From Octopus vulgaris (lineage: Eukaryota), in assembly GCA_951406725.2 (NCBI GenBank), contig OX597823.1:60698001-60762000 (forward strand): a stretch of DNA of 64,000 nt. Reading direction: 5' to 3'. Of this stretch, positions 26,843 to 40,904 are shown in pieces (within the stretch, counting starts at the first letter, position 1; the number at the start of each line of letters is the position of its first letter). Both the position numbers and the translations under genes were made by a program. The notes below the pieces were generated by a model. It saw only the letters and a program-made list of their open reading frames with translations. It ran no database searches and was not told where the DNA came from.

Positions 26843-28139
26843 CGGTTTCAAATTTTGCCACAAGGGCAGCTGTTTTGGTGGAGGGAATGATTCAATTACA
26901 TCGACCCCAGTGTTTAACTGGTACTTATTTTATCAACCCTGAAAGGATGAAAGGCAAAGTCGGAATTTGAACTCAGAATGAAGCGATGGGCAATTTCATC
27001 CAGCATACTGACGATCCTACCAGCTCGCTATCTTAATAGTAATAATAATAATAATACAAGTAACTGCAAAATATGTGAAGATGGAGAAGAAACAATAAAT
27101 CATATTGTCTCTGGCTGCCCAGTCCTGGCTAAGAAGGAATATATTCACAGATGGGACCTATATACACTGGAAGCTGTGCCAACACTATGGAATAACAACA
27201 GAAAAAAGATTGTATAGGCACACACCAGAAAAGGTTACAGAAATGAGAAAGCAACCATACTCTGGGATATGCCAACACACGCAGATAGAGAAATTAAGGC
27301 CAATAGGTCGGATATAGTTGTCAGAGATCACCAAGGATAAAAAATGCTTTCTAATCAATGTATCAATACCAACAGATGACTATGTTTCTCTAAAAGAAAC
27401 AGAATAACTTTCAAAATACAAAGATCTGGAAATAGAGGTAACTCGAATGTGGAGTCTAAAAACAGAAGCAATTCCTATCGTAATAGTATGATGAAAAATA
27501 CTCAGACAAATACATAACAAAAACACCAGGAAAACAAACATGCAGAAATAGCCCTACTAGGCACTGCACACATTCTATGTAAAACACTTTCAGTGCAGTA
27601 AAAATATGAGCATCACAACAAACCACAGCACATACCCAAAGGCATACAGAGCTGCGCTCGGTAGTGCAGTGAAAACACGTGATAAAAATAAGACTTTTGT
27701 ATAATAATGATGATGATGAGGATGATTTCAAAGTTTGGCACAAGTTCAGTAATTTTGGAGTAGGGGTTAAGTTGATTAAATTGACCCTAGTGTCCAACAG
27801 CAACTTATTTCATTGACCCCCAAAAGGATGAAAGACAAAGTCAGGGGATCTGAACTCAGAATATAAAGACAGAAGAAATACTGCTAAAACTTCTGCCAGC
27901 TTACAGACTTAGAAATGATAATAATCTTTTCTACTCTAGGCACAAGGCCCCAAATTTTTGGGGAGGGGGCTAGTCGATTAGATCGACCCCAGTTTGCAAC
28001 TGGTACTTAATTTATCGACCTCAAAAGGATGAAAGGCAAAGTTGACCTTGGTGGAATTTGAACTCAAACTGTAAAGACAGATGAAATACTGCTAAGCATT
28101 TCGTCCGGTGTGCTAATGTTTCTGCCAGCTTGCCCCACC

Positions 28140-28183
<44 letters not shown>

Positions 28184-28438
28184 TAATGATAATAATAGCA
28201 GCAGCAGCAATAGCAATAACAATCCTTTCTGCTATAAGCACAAAGCCTGAAATTTTTGGGGAAGGAGGAAAGTTGATTCCACTGACCCCATTCCATAATT
28301 GGTATTTTCTTTTAATCAACGCTGAATGGATGAAAGGTTAAGTCGATCTTGGCAGAATTTGAACTCAGAACATAAAGACAGACAAAACGCTGCTTAGCAT
28401 TTTGCCCAGCGAGTTAACAATTCTGCCAGCTCATTTAC

Positions 28439-28440
<2 letters not shown>
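26843..28440 (-). mobile_element. Cluster of four same-orientation family B (Nin/Deu) SINEs separated by (AAT)n
   Basis: Copies at about 26843-27030, 27725-27905, 27922-28140 and 28222-28440, each with GGATGAAAG..AAGTC..TGAACTCA. Confidence 0.85.
27055..27705 (+). mobile_element. 5'-truncated RLE-type (R4/Dong-like) LINE
   Basis: CKICEDGEETINHIVSGCPVLAKKEYIHR (CCHC), YIHWKLC, ILWD, (P)DIVV and KYKDL motifs with frameshifts; flanked by (AAT)n. Confidence 0.85.
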
Positions 28441-28471
<31 letters not shown>

Positions 28472-29103
28472 TAAATATCAATACTATCTGAATATATGAG
28501 TGCTGCTGCTGCTACTACTACTACTCCTACATTATGATGAAGATATTTAAGGCGATAATTGAATCTGCTCTTAATGCAGTTATTGTATTTAGTTGTTATG
28601 TTTTGTCTCGGTCACATTTTACAGTCATATCATTTCCATACAAATGTTTATTACAGAACTTATACCCTGCGCACGTGTGTGAGTGTGTGTGTGTGTGTGT
28701 GTTAGTTTGTGAGTGTGTGGGTGGTTACAGATCGCTTACAGTTATACGCTTTTGAAAATCACTTAGCATGACATGCACACACACACACACACACTCTTGC
28801 TCTCTCTCTTTCCGAGGTTGACTGTATTAACAGAGCTTTGCTTAATTACTTAATTAATTTTTAGGTGAGGTGTATAAGACAAAAAAAAAAAAAAAATTTT
28901 TTTTGTTTGTTTCCCTTATTCATATATGTTTATTTTTTTATTTTTTTTTTTACTATAGAGTTATAGTTCAGTCTTATAACTTTTACTTGCCAAAATAATT
29001 AATGATCATGATAGATAATGAAAGATAAACAATGTTTAACAAATAGCTTCTTTTGAATTTACTTATCAATACAAATCATCCAAGATATAAAGACAATAAC
29101 AAA

Positions 29104-29150
<47 letters not shown>

Positions 29151-29721
29151 TATATATAGATATATGTGTGTGTGTGTATTGTGTATATACATTTATTATG
29201 TATGTATTATGTATATATATTATATTAAAAGTTAAGATATCATTTGATTTCTTTTCATTATGGAAAATAATGTTATCTCGAACAATCTATAATTATGTAA
29301 AGGTGATAGCAAAGATAAAATAGAGAAGTGGTCGAAACAGACAAAAGGCTAAACAAGAAGAAGAAGAATAAGAAGAAAAATCTGGTTTATGTTTTTCAGT
29401 TGTTAATCAAGCCTTTTCTATACATTTTCACTGTTTCAGAGGTTTATATCTTCTTTCGTTATTTAAGTTTTGCTTTACTGCAAAACTAATTCATTAAATT
29501 TTGTTATCAGCTTCAGAAAAACTATGCGTAAACACACACACGTGTGTGTGTGTGTGTGTGTGTGCATGTGTGTTTGTGAATATACACACTGTGGACATTC
29601 CTATGTGAAGTCATTCATAAGTCACTCACAGAAGTACACATCTTTAAAGAAATGTATTCCCTTCCTCTCATTTTTTTACCTCACTCTAGCATATGCACGA
29701 ACACACACACACACACACACA

Positions 29722-29752
<31 letters not shown>

Positions 29753-30119
29753 TTTGTCATGAGAACTTACTGAGACACGTGAAGTTACAGCCCACGCAGT
29801 AAAGAAGTGCTTGTGCACCCAGTGAAACAGAGACACAGAAAATACTTAAACACACACCAATGAGAACAGAAACACATTACAGAGTATACATGGAACATTT
29901 CATATGACACACACACACACACACACACATATACACTGACACATATTTGCATACACTTATATAAAGGAAATCGAACACAGGACTACAAACCCCACTACAC
30001 TTACACATAAACACACATATACTCTCTTCTTACTTAAACAAAGTCATCGTAAGCTGGTGCACAAATCCAACACAAACGCAGTACATGCACACACCTACCA
30101 GTACACCTGCATTCATTAA

Positions 30120-30201
<82 letters not shown>

Positions 30202-30221
30202 TTAATGTGTACAGGTGTATA

Positions 30222-30284
<63 letters not shown>

Positions 30285-31458
30285 ATATATATATACACAT
30301 ATATATATATCACACACACATGTGCAAACACACACACACATAACCATCCAATGCATGCCACCATGTTAAAGGATGATGATCACACACACACATACAACAC
30401 ACATACACACACACATACACACACACACATATGCATGCTTATAGTTAATGATCCTGGTTGCCACATATACATAGCCAATAAAACTGACACACACACACCC
30501 ACATTTCTATTTCTTATGAGACAATAACTTGTCTTAACTGATAGATGTGCATGCTCGTACACAAGCACACATGTGCAAGCACTCAGACTCCTACATACAC
30601 ACATACCCACACATCTGGCTCAATATTCTAACACACGCTCACATTTATGTACAGAGATGCTTCCAAAGGAACAGTGAATGCCTCATAATAAACATTAGCT
30701 GACTGACACACACACATACACACATGCATGCACACATGTGCGCGCATACACACACATTGAATGAGATAAATAGTTACTTAGAAATATACACACAATCAAT
30801 ATTTACTCTTTCTTTTTCACATACACACACACACTTATGTACACACACTCACGCACATACACACTCTCACATACACATACACACACAAATATTCTCTGGC
30901 AAACACACATAGTCGTCTGAGAGGCAGATGCACACACAAATATTCTCTGTCGGGTTTTATATACACTAGCAAATACGTACACACAAACATTTACTTACAG
31001 ATACACACACACATACACAAAATGCATGCAACCATACATGCACAAACACATACGCTCACTCACACACACACACACATGTTCACCGACAGATACACGCTTT
31101 CACAGTCCTTCACTGGCACGTACACACGTACACAAAAAAATGTTCCTTCTAAGATACATGCACAATCTCGGCCAGATACACAGACATACCAGCATTCATT
31201 CATAGATATACATACATTCTTTGACTGACAGATACACCTACCCATACAAACTACGTACAGGTGCATTCACACGAACAGACACACACACACACACACATAC
31301 TGATACATACACCTATAGACACACATTTATCCATCCATCTATCTATACCTATCTAATTAATTTCTTTCTCTCTCTCTCTGTTTTCTTTTATATGTGTGTG
31401 TGAATATGTATATATGTGTGTGCTTTTATATGTATATACATGTATATATATGTGTGTG

Positions 31459-31510
<52 letters not shown>

Positions 31511-31552
31511 TATATATATAGGTGTCTGTGTGTGTATATATACATATATAAT

Positions 31553-31928
31553 GGAGGCACAATGGCCCAGTGGTTAAACAGCGGACTTGTGGTCGTACGA
31601 TCACGGTTTCGATTCCCAGACCGAGCATTGTGCATGTTTACTGAGTGAAAACACCTAAAGCTCCACGTGGCTCCAGCAGGGGGTGGTGGCGAACCGTGCA
31701 GTACACTTTCACCACAAATTTCTCTCACTCTCTCTTCCTGTTTCTATTGTATCTGTATTTCAAAGAGCCAGCCTTGTCACACTCTGTCATACTGAATCTC
31801 CCCGAGAACTACGTTAAGGGTACACATATCTGTGGAATGCTCAGTCACCTGTACGTTCATTTCACGAGCAGGCTGTTCCGTTGATCATATCAACTTGAAC
31901 CCTTGTTCTTGTAACCGACGGAGTTGCA
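31553..31928 (+). mobile_element. tRNA-derived SINE (family C variant)
   Basis: GGAGGCACAATGGCCCAGTGG..GGTTTCGATTCCC head, inserted in (TA)n. Confidence 0.85.
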
Positions 31929-31948
31929 CGATATATGTATATATATAT

Positions 31949-31991
<43 letters not shown>

Positions 31992-32716
31992 TGAGTTTAA
32001 TAGATTAAAGCCACATATCCACCAGCACATATGTACTCTCTTGCATGCATAGACACATGCATACATACACATATACATATGTGCATACATAGTCACTAGC
32101 AGTCACACAGTCATGCAAGCACATCCATTGGATGTCGCACAAATACATCTTGTAGCGAGCACACAGACACATCAGCAGACGTGAAAAATATCCACTAGCA
32201 GACACACAAACACATTTCTTAGCAGGAACAAGCACCCATACTAGCACATACGTTGGCGGCTACATGTGCACTTTCACCAGCAGGGACACGTACACATCTA
32301 GCAGATATGCGCACCATTCACCCAACAGCCACACACATACACACTCGACACACAGCAATTACACAGACACGTACTTACTAGCAGATATACTTACACACAT
32401 TCACTGACAGGCAGACTGACAAATGCACTAACACACACACACATGCAAACGCACCCACATTTATGCATATTCACACACCATTTCCAGCAAACATATGCAC
32501 CCATCCAGCAGATATACATTTACATGCATGTGCTTATACACATCCTCTGGTTGACACACTTTCACTAGCAGGCATGCTGGCACCCGACTAACAGGACACA
32601 CCCCATATGTGTGTGTGTGTGTGTGTATAAACATACAGACACACACACTCATACATATATGCATATGCATTTATTTACATATACATATTTATTTATACAT
32701 ACATATATGTTTATAG

Positions 32717-32754
<38 letters not shown>

Positions 32755-32793
32755 TTCGCTAGCCACTACACGTTTTTATTTTTGCTCCTTGTT

Positions 32794-32831
32794 TCTTTCT
32801 GTAGAAGAGCGTAGGCTTGAAACATTAAAGA
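32794..32831 (+). ncRNA. Degenerate minimal hammerhead ribozyme motif
   Basis: TCTTT-CTGTAGA-a-GAGC gtag GCTT-GAAAC-ATT-AAAGA: stems I and II pair; core mutated. Confidence 0.45.
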
Positions 32832-33511
32832 CTTTTTCGCTTCACGAGCGTTAAACTAATACATCTCTTTGTTGTCTACACAACCTGTCTTCGTCTTTTA
32901 TTTTTGTAAATTCTTCCCGTATATATATATATATATAAATGTTTGAAATATTCTTGTTTAAAGTCAAGAGATTGCAAGTTATAAAATTTATTTAATAATT
33001 TGTACTATAACCTGTTATTTCAGTATTTCTGGGTTAGGATCATGTCTTCAGGATATTTATGGAGAAAAGTTGTTGATAGCTGATTTTTCTGCTCTATAGC
33101 ATGAATGTATCCAGTTGCAAACAAATGTGTGTGTGTATGTATATGCATATATTTACTCAGACATGTATGTGTGTGTATATCTGCAAATGAGTGCATGTGT
33201 GTGTGTACCTCAATAAACACACTGCAGAGCAGAGAAATTAGCTGTTGATGCCTTTTTCTGCCTAAATTTCCTGAAGAATAAGTCGTAACCCTGAAATATT
33301 GCAATACCAGGTAATAATGCTATCCATCACAATGCATTATTAACTTTTAGTACTTGAAATTGTTTTGGCTTCATAAAAGTATTTAACAACATATATATAT
33401 ATATATATCTGACAGTGCTTCATGAACTATATCAATACATACATACATACATTCTTTATGTATGTGTGTATAAACACACATATGCACACACACATACACA
33501 CATATATATGT

Positions 33512-33555
<44 letters not shown>

Positions 33556-33566
33556 ATATATATATG

Positions 33567-33607
<41 letters not shown>

Positions 33608-33659
33608 GACTCTCCTGCTATTAGACAACGTATGAAGGTTTGACAATTTCTTGCCAAAC

Positions 33660-33908
33660 AACTACAGAGATGATTTGTTTATAGTGATCAAATGTTTGTG
33701 TAGACATAAGCTCACTCCCTCCATCAGGTCAACATTACCTGTACAGGTGCAACTGGGTGCCACTTGTCAGATGTTGAAATGATCACAGAGCAACATGAAA
33801 TGAAGTGCTTTGCTCAAGAACACAACGCAACGCTTGGTCTGGGAATCGAGCCCACGATTTCACAATCACGAGTGCAGCACCCTAACCACTAAGCTATGAG
33901 ACTTCACA
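33660..33908 (-). mobile_element. tRNA-derived SINE (family C-related)
   Basis: GCTCAAGAACACAAC..GGGAATCGAGCCC..CCTAACCACTAAGC is the reverse complement of a tRNA head. Confidence 0.8.
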
Positions 33909-34022
33909 ATATATATATATATATATACATATATAAAATGTGGTTTAATATTTCACTTAGGTATTATAATACTAATAACCTGGTGTAGAACTCAATATAT
34001 GTATGCTTCAGTATGAGCAGTA

Positions 34023-34318
34023 ATAAGAGAATGAGATGACACAGGAATAAAAGATTATCTTTTGAACTTCATTAGCTAACAGCTTTTTCTGCTACAAGTT
34101 GCAGTGGGTACATAGTCGAGTGCCTGCGTAACATCTTATATGAGTAACACTTTATAGCTTCATCGGAGCCTCATATTTGAGGCTCTGATGAAGGTATAAT
34201 GTTTTATTCTGGTACTCAACTGTGACTATGAGTCCACTGCATGTTTTTGCAGAAACAGCTGTAAGCTAATGAAGTTCATAAGATAATCAGTTATTCCTTT
34301 GTCTTCTCATTTTCTTAA
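34023..34318. repeat. About 295-bp imperfect palindrome with hammerhead-like arms
   Basis: Centre GAGCCTCA-tatt-TGAGGCTC; arms GAACTTCATTAGCT / AGCTAATGAAGTTC and further matches to the ends. Confidence 0.9.
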
Positions 34319-34859
34319 ATAAAACTTTTAGTTTTGTGGTTCTCAAACTGACTAATTGCTTTTGTATCCATTTAATTCTTCTTTCTATGTCATAATGTTG
34401 GTCAAGTTTAAAGAGTTTAAAACCTCTTAATTTTATTAAACACTGCTATTTGTTTACTTCCTTTTCCATTCCCTCTGTCCATCTTGTACAAAAGAGAACT
34501 TTAGATAGCATTTACACATGCCTGCATTCATTTGTTGATGCACATACAAGTCTACATATCTTAGTGAACATATGCATATGTGCTTTCACATACATTGGCT
34601 TGCAGGTTGATACAGGTATGCAAACACACACACACACACACACACTCACACACATGCACTTCCATTCATCGGTGAACATGATACAAATTCATCAAATGTC
34701 CCTCGTCAAGTGACATATGCAATGCACACATTAAACAGGTATGATTACGAAAGACTGATATGTGCAGTAACAGATGACACATATCATTTAAAAGGCGTGA
34801 TCACTGAAACATATCAACTAGCAGCAGACACATGCATACATAGAAGTTTGTCCTTTACA

Positions 34860-35070
34860 GGTGTCAGTGCCACATAAAATGCACCTGTGCTACTGCTGCG
34901 TAAACACACTCATGCCGGAGGCATGTAAATAGCACCCAACACACTCTGTAAAATTGGTTGGCATTAGGAAGGGCATTCAGCCATAGAATCCATGTCACAA
35001 CAGACAATTGGAGTTTGGACAGCTCTCTTGCTGGTCAGCTTCTGTCAAGCCGTCCAACTCATGCCAGTAT
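34860..35070 (+). mobile_element. RTE 3'-UTR fragment
   Basis: GGTTGGCATTAGGAAGGGCATTCAGCC..CCAACTCATGCCAG. Confidence 0.75.
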
Positions 35071-35640
35071 TTGATGTCCTTTTTCCATATTGGCATAAGT
35101 TGGGTGGTTAGACCTGAACAAATTAGCCAGAGAGCTGCACTTAGATCCAATCTCTTCGGCTTGGGTTCTACAGCTGAGTGCCCTTCCTAATGCTTAGCTT
35201 CTTCACAGAATGTACCAGGTGATTGTCTTTTCATGGCACCAGCACTGGTGAATTCCCCAAATATCTGCAAGACTAGATCCCTCAACAGAGTGGGGTATAG
35301 TACTGAGGTATATGAAAGGATGATAGAAGGACAGGAGTAAGGGTCTTACTGAAGAGATGAATACATGGCTTTCCCCATTGAGTTTGTATATAGTGCATAT
35401 CAGTTTGGTGGGAGGAAGAAGGAAAGGAAATAGGAGTGGGTCTGGGAGGAGAAGGTGACACAGGGACAGTAGTAAGAATACAATGTGATGTGTAGATGGA
35501 TAGGTGGTACCATTTACAATACCTGAATAAGTAGTAGTACAGAAGGTTGGTTGAGGGATGGTTATTGGAGATATTGGAAATTGTTGGGGAAGGCTTAACT
35601 TACATTGCCAGCAGATGAAAACATCCATATAGTCATTAGT
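35070..35640 (-). mobile_element. Long RTE-tailed element (old copy)
   Basis: GATGTCCTTTTCCATATTGGCAT..CCCTTCCTAATGC plus a purine-rich body. Confidence 0.6.
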
Positions 35641-36166
35641 GCACAAACTTGAATTTACTAAGATACCTCTGGGGCACCAGAGGTATCTTTTAGTCGAATA
35701 AATTGATCCCAGTACTTATTTTTTTAAGCTTGATACTTATTCTATTTATCTCTTTTTCTGCACTGCCAAGTTACAGGGATGCAAATACACCAATACCAGT
35801 TGTCAAGCGGTGATGGGGACAAACACAGACACAAAAGCAGTATGGTTAAGTATCCATACCTCCATGCAAAAACCAAACTTATGCGTATGCACACACTCAC
35901 GTAGAAACCCAGCAATAAATACCCTGCATATGTGAATGCAATAACACATAGCAACACATTAGAACATATGCACATATATATAAATTCCATCGGACCTACA
36001 TACTTGTGTTCATATAAATACATAAGACCACACACACATATACACACACACACATTTATACAGATATCTTTTACACACTGTTGTACAGTTGCCTGTATAA
36101 ATACACACATGTACAGCGTCACGCACTTGTTCACACAAATATTAAGCAAAAAGCATCCAACACACA

Positions 36167-36213
<47 letters not shown>

Positions 36214-36949
36214 ACGTGCATTTCATGGCGTTCTGTGCATATGTGTTTTCAGTATATTATTTATCCATTTCTTTCTTTGTTTCCTACAAGTTTTCCTTGC
36301 GTAATATAAATGGGTTTACTTTTAAAATGAAATACATAAGAAAATAGATGAGTGCTAAAAGGTTTTGGCAAAAATGCTGGTAAAATCTTTAATAATATAA
36401 AGAGATAAGTAATATGATATGTTGCATGTGACATGACGCAGTGAAATCTTAGTCATAAAACTTAATCAGCAATAAAAGTGGAGTTGATATATTATTGTAG
36501 CATGGCTCTGCTCTTGTGATCAGAAGAACTTAACCAAAAATCTTGACTTTGCTGTCAACAGAATGGTTCCTATTACTTGCAAGATGTCAGCTGGTTGATG
36601 CTTGTGGTGTCATAAATGTCACATCACAAGGCATTGAAGCCTGGATAGTGCATGAAACAACACTGAAGGTGTCTGTCACTTTTACTAGTTATGCATGACT
36701 GTTACTTTGAGAAGTTATAACTATTATCAAAAACTCGGAACACTGATCTTTGAGAGCAAGACAAATAAATATAAGTGTGGAATATAGATATAATAAAGCT
36801 TAGGCCAAACAAACAAGTTGTCAAGCGAGAGTCATTGAAGATCAATTTTTGAGCATTGGTCAAATGTTATACTTGTTTCTGTCCTTAAGAATTTTGTGCA
36901 AGAAATATTGTTGACAACAAAGCTAGTCCAATATTTATGCAAAAATTAA

Positions 36950-37714
36950 AGTTGGTGAATCGTTAGCATTCCAGGCAAAATGCTTAGCAGCAGGAGTGGC
37001 TGTGTGGTAAGTAGCTTGTCTACCAACCACATGGTTCCGGGTTCAGTCCCACTGTGTGGCGCCTTGGGTAAGTGTCTTCTACTATAGCCTCGGGCCGACC
37101 AAAGCCTTGTGAGTGGATTTGGTAGACGGAAACTGAAAGAAGCCCGTCGTATATATGTATATATATGTATGCATGTATGTGTTTGTGTGTCTGTGTTTGT
37201 CCCCTAGCATTGCTTGACAACTGATGCTGGTGTGTTTATGTCCCCGTTACTTAGCGTTTCGGCAAAAGAGACTGATAGAATAAGTACTGGGCTTACAAAA
37301 GAATAAGTCCCAGGGTCGAGTTGCTCGATTAAAGGTGGTGCTCCAGCATGGCCGCAGTCAAATGACTGAAACAAGTAAAAGAGTAGAAAGAGAGAGCATT
37401 TCATCTGAGTTCAAATTCCACTGAGGTTGACTTTACCTTTCACCCTTTCAAGGTTGATAAAATGAGTACCATTTGAACACTGAGGTTGATGAAACTGACT
37501 TACTCCCACCCCCGAACTTGCTGGCCTTGTGCCAAAATTTGAAACCAAATGTTTATGTGAAAATTTAAGGCAGTGAGCTGGCAGAATTGTTAGCATGCCA
37601 GACAAAATGCTTAATGGCAGAGGTTGACTTCACCTCCCATTCTTTCTGGGTTGATAAAATAAGTACTTCCTTGAAATTGCCAAAATTTGAAAACCAACAT
37701 TTATGTGAAAATTT
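36950..37714 (+). mobile_element. SINE nest: family A (36990-37395) inside family B, followed by a second family B with TSD
   Basis: Family B head ..AAATGCTTAGC| family A copy |AGCATTTCATCTGAGTTCAAATTCC; TTTATGTGAAAATTT repeated at 37552 and 37700. Confidence 0.85.
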
Positions 37715-39124
37715 GACTGAATGCATTGGCAAGCATGAACGTAAGAACTAGATACAAATGATAAAAATAAGAAAAATGAATGTAAAAGACTCGACATATG
37801 AAAATAGAGAACTTATCAGCTGCCTCATCAGGAATTGTTTCAACATTTTGTAATAGAGTTGTTACCTTAGTCGCATCAATGAGCCACTGGTCATATTTGC
37901 TAGGGAATTTTTACAAATTTGTATACACAAATTTTTACATATGGTATTTGTCGTGTTTTATCTTCATTGAAGTTGACAAATGTTTAATATTATTGGAAAA
38001 GATGTTTTATTTAATTTCATCATAAGAGAGCTATGTTTTTCATTTCTGTATTCCAGTTGAACGTCTTAATGATACTTTTCCTGTCTTTTGCCACTAAGAC
38101 TCTATTATATGTTTGTATCTCATCTCCACTATATCAGTTACCTAACAAGCAGATGTGACATTACCCAAGTGGTATCAACTAGCCATTGTTGATACGACTT
38201 TATCTCAAGGGATTGAGGTACCAACTTGAGGTTAAGGTAGCAGCTCTATCTCAAGATGTCAAAACTGCTAGAACTGGAGATAGCTGATGAGGGCTAAATT
38301 TTCTTATGTTTTGTCTTTTATGTCCTTTATCATTTGTGTCCATTTGTAATACACACATGGCACAAACATCCCCCCCCCACACACACACGCACACACACAA
38401 CATACCCTGATATACAGACTCAACACAAGTGTAAAGAAACAAAGATTAAAACTTATAATTTCTTTGTTTTAAATGACATTTATTTGTAATATGAGACTTT
38501 TAACTTGAATTACGATCCTTTACTGGTTCACCACTTTCTGAGTGTATTTGTGTCTGTATACGTATGTATGTTTACATATCTATGTACACATGTCTGAGTA
38601 CATATATGTATATTTCTAAGTGTATGCATATATGTGTGTTAGTGTATGTGTGTGTGTGTGTGTGTGTATATATACATATATATGTTCATATAGGAGAGAT
38701 TTAATTTGTTCAAAATTACATGTTAAGCATTTATTATTGTCTTTAAAGTATATATTTTAACCAGCTCTATTGAATAAAGTGTTTCCATATAGAAAATATT
38801 GCACTCCATAACATGGTTAAAAATTCAACTAAGAGTCTGATCTTCTAGTAACAATATTACGTCATTTAATAAATATTTTGGCAGCAATTCTTCAGTCATG
38901 CTGTCGACGATAACAGTGTGGGTAAGATATTTTTTTTTATACTGTTACACAAGTAAGATATATAAATTCAATTCAAAAGTCAAATTATAATCATTAAGTT
39001 ATCATGTTGCAGTATAAACAAGATTATTTTAAAATGTAGGCATATTCAATAAAGATAGAATACAGTGAACGGGATGAAAAGAACAGAATGCTTAACCGGT
39101 TTATTCAAAACTTTGGTAAATCTG

Positions 39125-39579
39125 CATATATGTGTGTATATATGTATGAATAGATGTATGCATTTGTACATAAATGTGTGTGTGTGTGTATGTGTATATA
39201 TGTATGAATAGATGTATGCATTTGTACATAAATGTATGTGTGTGTGTATGTGTATATATAAATATACATACATATACCTATGTGTATATGTATATATATA
39301 TATGTCTGTATGTCTATATATATATACACGTATATATATGTATATATATATGTGTGTATATATATATGTGTGCATATATATATGTTTGTACATGTGTATA
39401 TATGTATGTTTGTATATGCATGTATGAATGTGTATGTATATGTGTGTATATATTTCTATGTGTACATACATACACACATACACATATATAAATATATGCA
39501 TATATATATAGGTATATATACATATATATATATACATATATATGCATATATATATATATATATATATACATATGTATAC

Positions 39580-39642
<63 letters not shown>

Positions 39643-39675
39643 ATGTGATATATCTATATGTGTATGTGTGTGTTT
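39125..39675. repeat. TA/TG compound microsatellite
   Basis: Directly visible. Confidence 0.95.
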
Positions 39676-40444
39676 AGTATTTGCAAATGCACCTATAGAT
39701 TTGACATCTACTCTCGATGTCAGCATAGTCTTTGTTGAATTTTATCAATGGAGAGAAGAACGGTGTGTGTATTTAATTTCATCGTCTATCAAGCCGAGAT
39801 ATTCATTGCAGTAAAATTTAATTTTAGAATAACTGAGATACCCTGTTCCTTATAAACACGTACACGCACACACGTACACACACACACATACACACACACA
39901 TGCACAGACAAAAGTGAAAATAGTCAAGTATTTCTGAATAATTTCAGATTATTTTCTGTGGAAATTAAATCAAGACTTATGTAAAAAATAGATTAAAATT
40001 CTAAGTTTATAGTTTATGTATGGGTTACAGTGTTTCAGAAATTGAACTTAATAAAATGTAAGATTTTTGATGCTATAAAAAGTTGGGCAGAAATCTTTGT
40101 CTTTTTTTTTTTTTTTTAATTTATTTCTTACAGAAAGTTTTTGTTAATTGTGTTGATCCCTTTCTTCTTGCTGGCGTAGTCTATACAGAGTGAGTGGTAT
40201 TTTATTTTTGTTTCTCACCATTTTAATGCTCACTTTTCCATGCTCGCATGGGTCAGACAGAATTTGTTGAGGTAGATTTTCTTTGACTGGACCAGCTCTC
40301 ACCTCTTACCACGTAAGGTAATAACCACCTCATGACCAGATATATTTGCTCAGAAGAGTAGAAGTGAAGGATACGGATTCCATAACTGTGATACTCATTC
40401 ACAATTATCACATGTTGTCAAGGCAAGGAGGCAGCACATATATT

Positions 40445-40620
40445 TCTTAACTACCCACAAGGGGCTAAACACAGAGGGGACAAACAAGGACAGACAAAGG
40501 AATTAAGTTGATTACATCGACCCTAGTATGTAACTGGTACTTAATTTATCAACCCCAAAAGGATGAAGGGCAAAGTCAACCTCGGCGGAGTTTGAACTCG
40601 GAACGTAACGACGGGCGAAA
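40445..40620 (-). mobile_element. Family B SINE (CCCCTTGTGGG tail variant)
   Basis: Reverse complement of the 59444 copy. Confidence 0.85.
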
Positions 40621-40904
40621 TGCAACCAACTGTAGAAACCATGTCAAAACAGACATTCGAGCTCAATGCAGTCCTCTGATTCATTGGATCTTGTTAACTC
40701 ATCCAACCCATACTAACATGGAAGATGGATGTTAAATGATGATGATCTATAACATAAATGTAAACACATACTGACAGTATGTGTGTGTGTGTTTGCATTT
40801 ATGGCATAAAAACCATTGTGGTTTATGTCTGTGCTTCTTTATGTACTATAGCTTAGTAAAATGTTAGATTTATAAGCCCTAAAATTCACTCCATAATTGT
40901 CCAC

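Larger units (their letters stand above)
29515..33620. repeat. About 4-kb CA/TA-rich low-complexity domain
   Basis: Continuous degenerate (CA)n/(TA)n with embedded SINEs. Confidence 0.85.

Noticed and set aside
31553-31625. tRNA-like heads (also 3565, 25733, 40905, 45884)
   Set aside because: A/B boxes run on into SINE bodies with no complete cloverleaf, so they are not tRNA genes.
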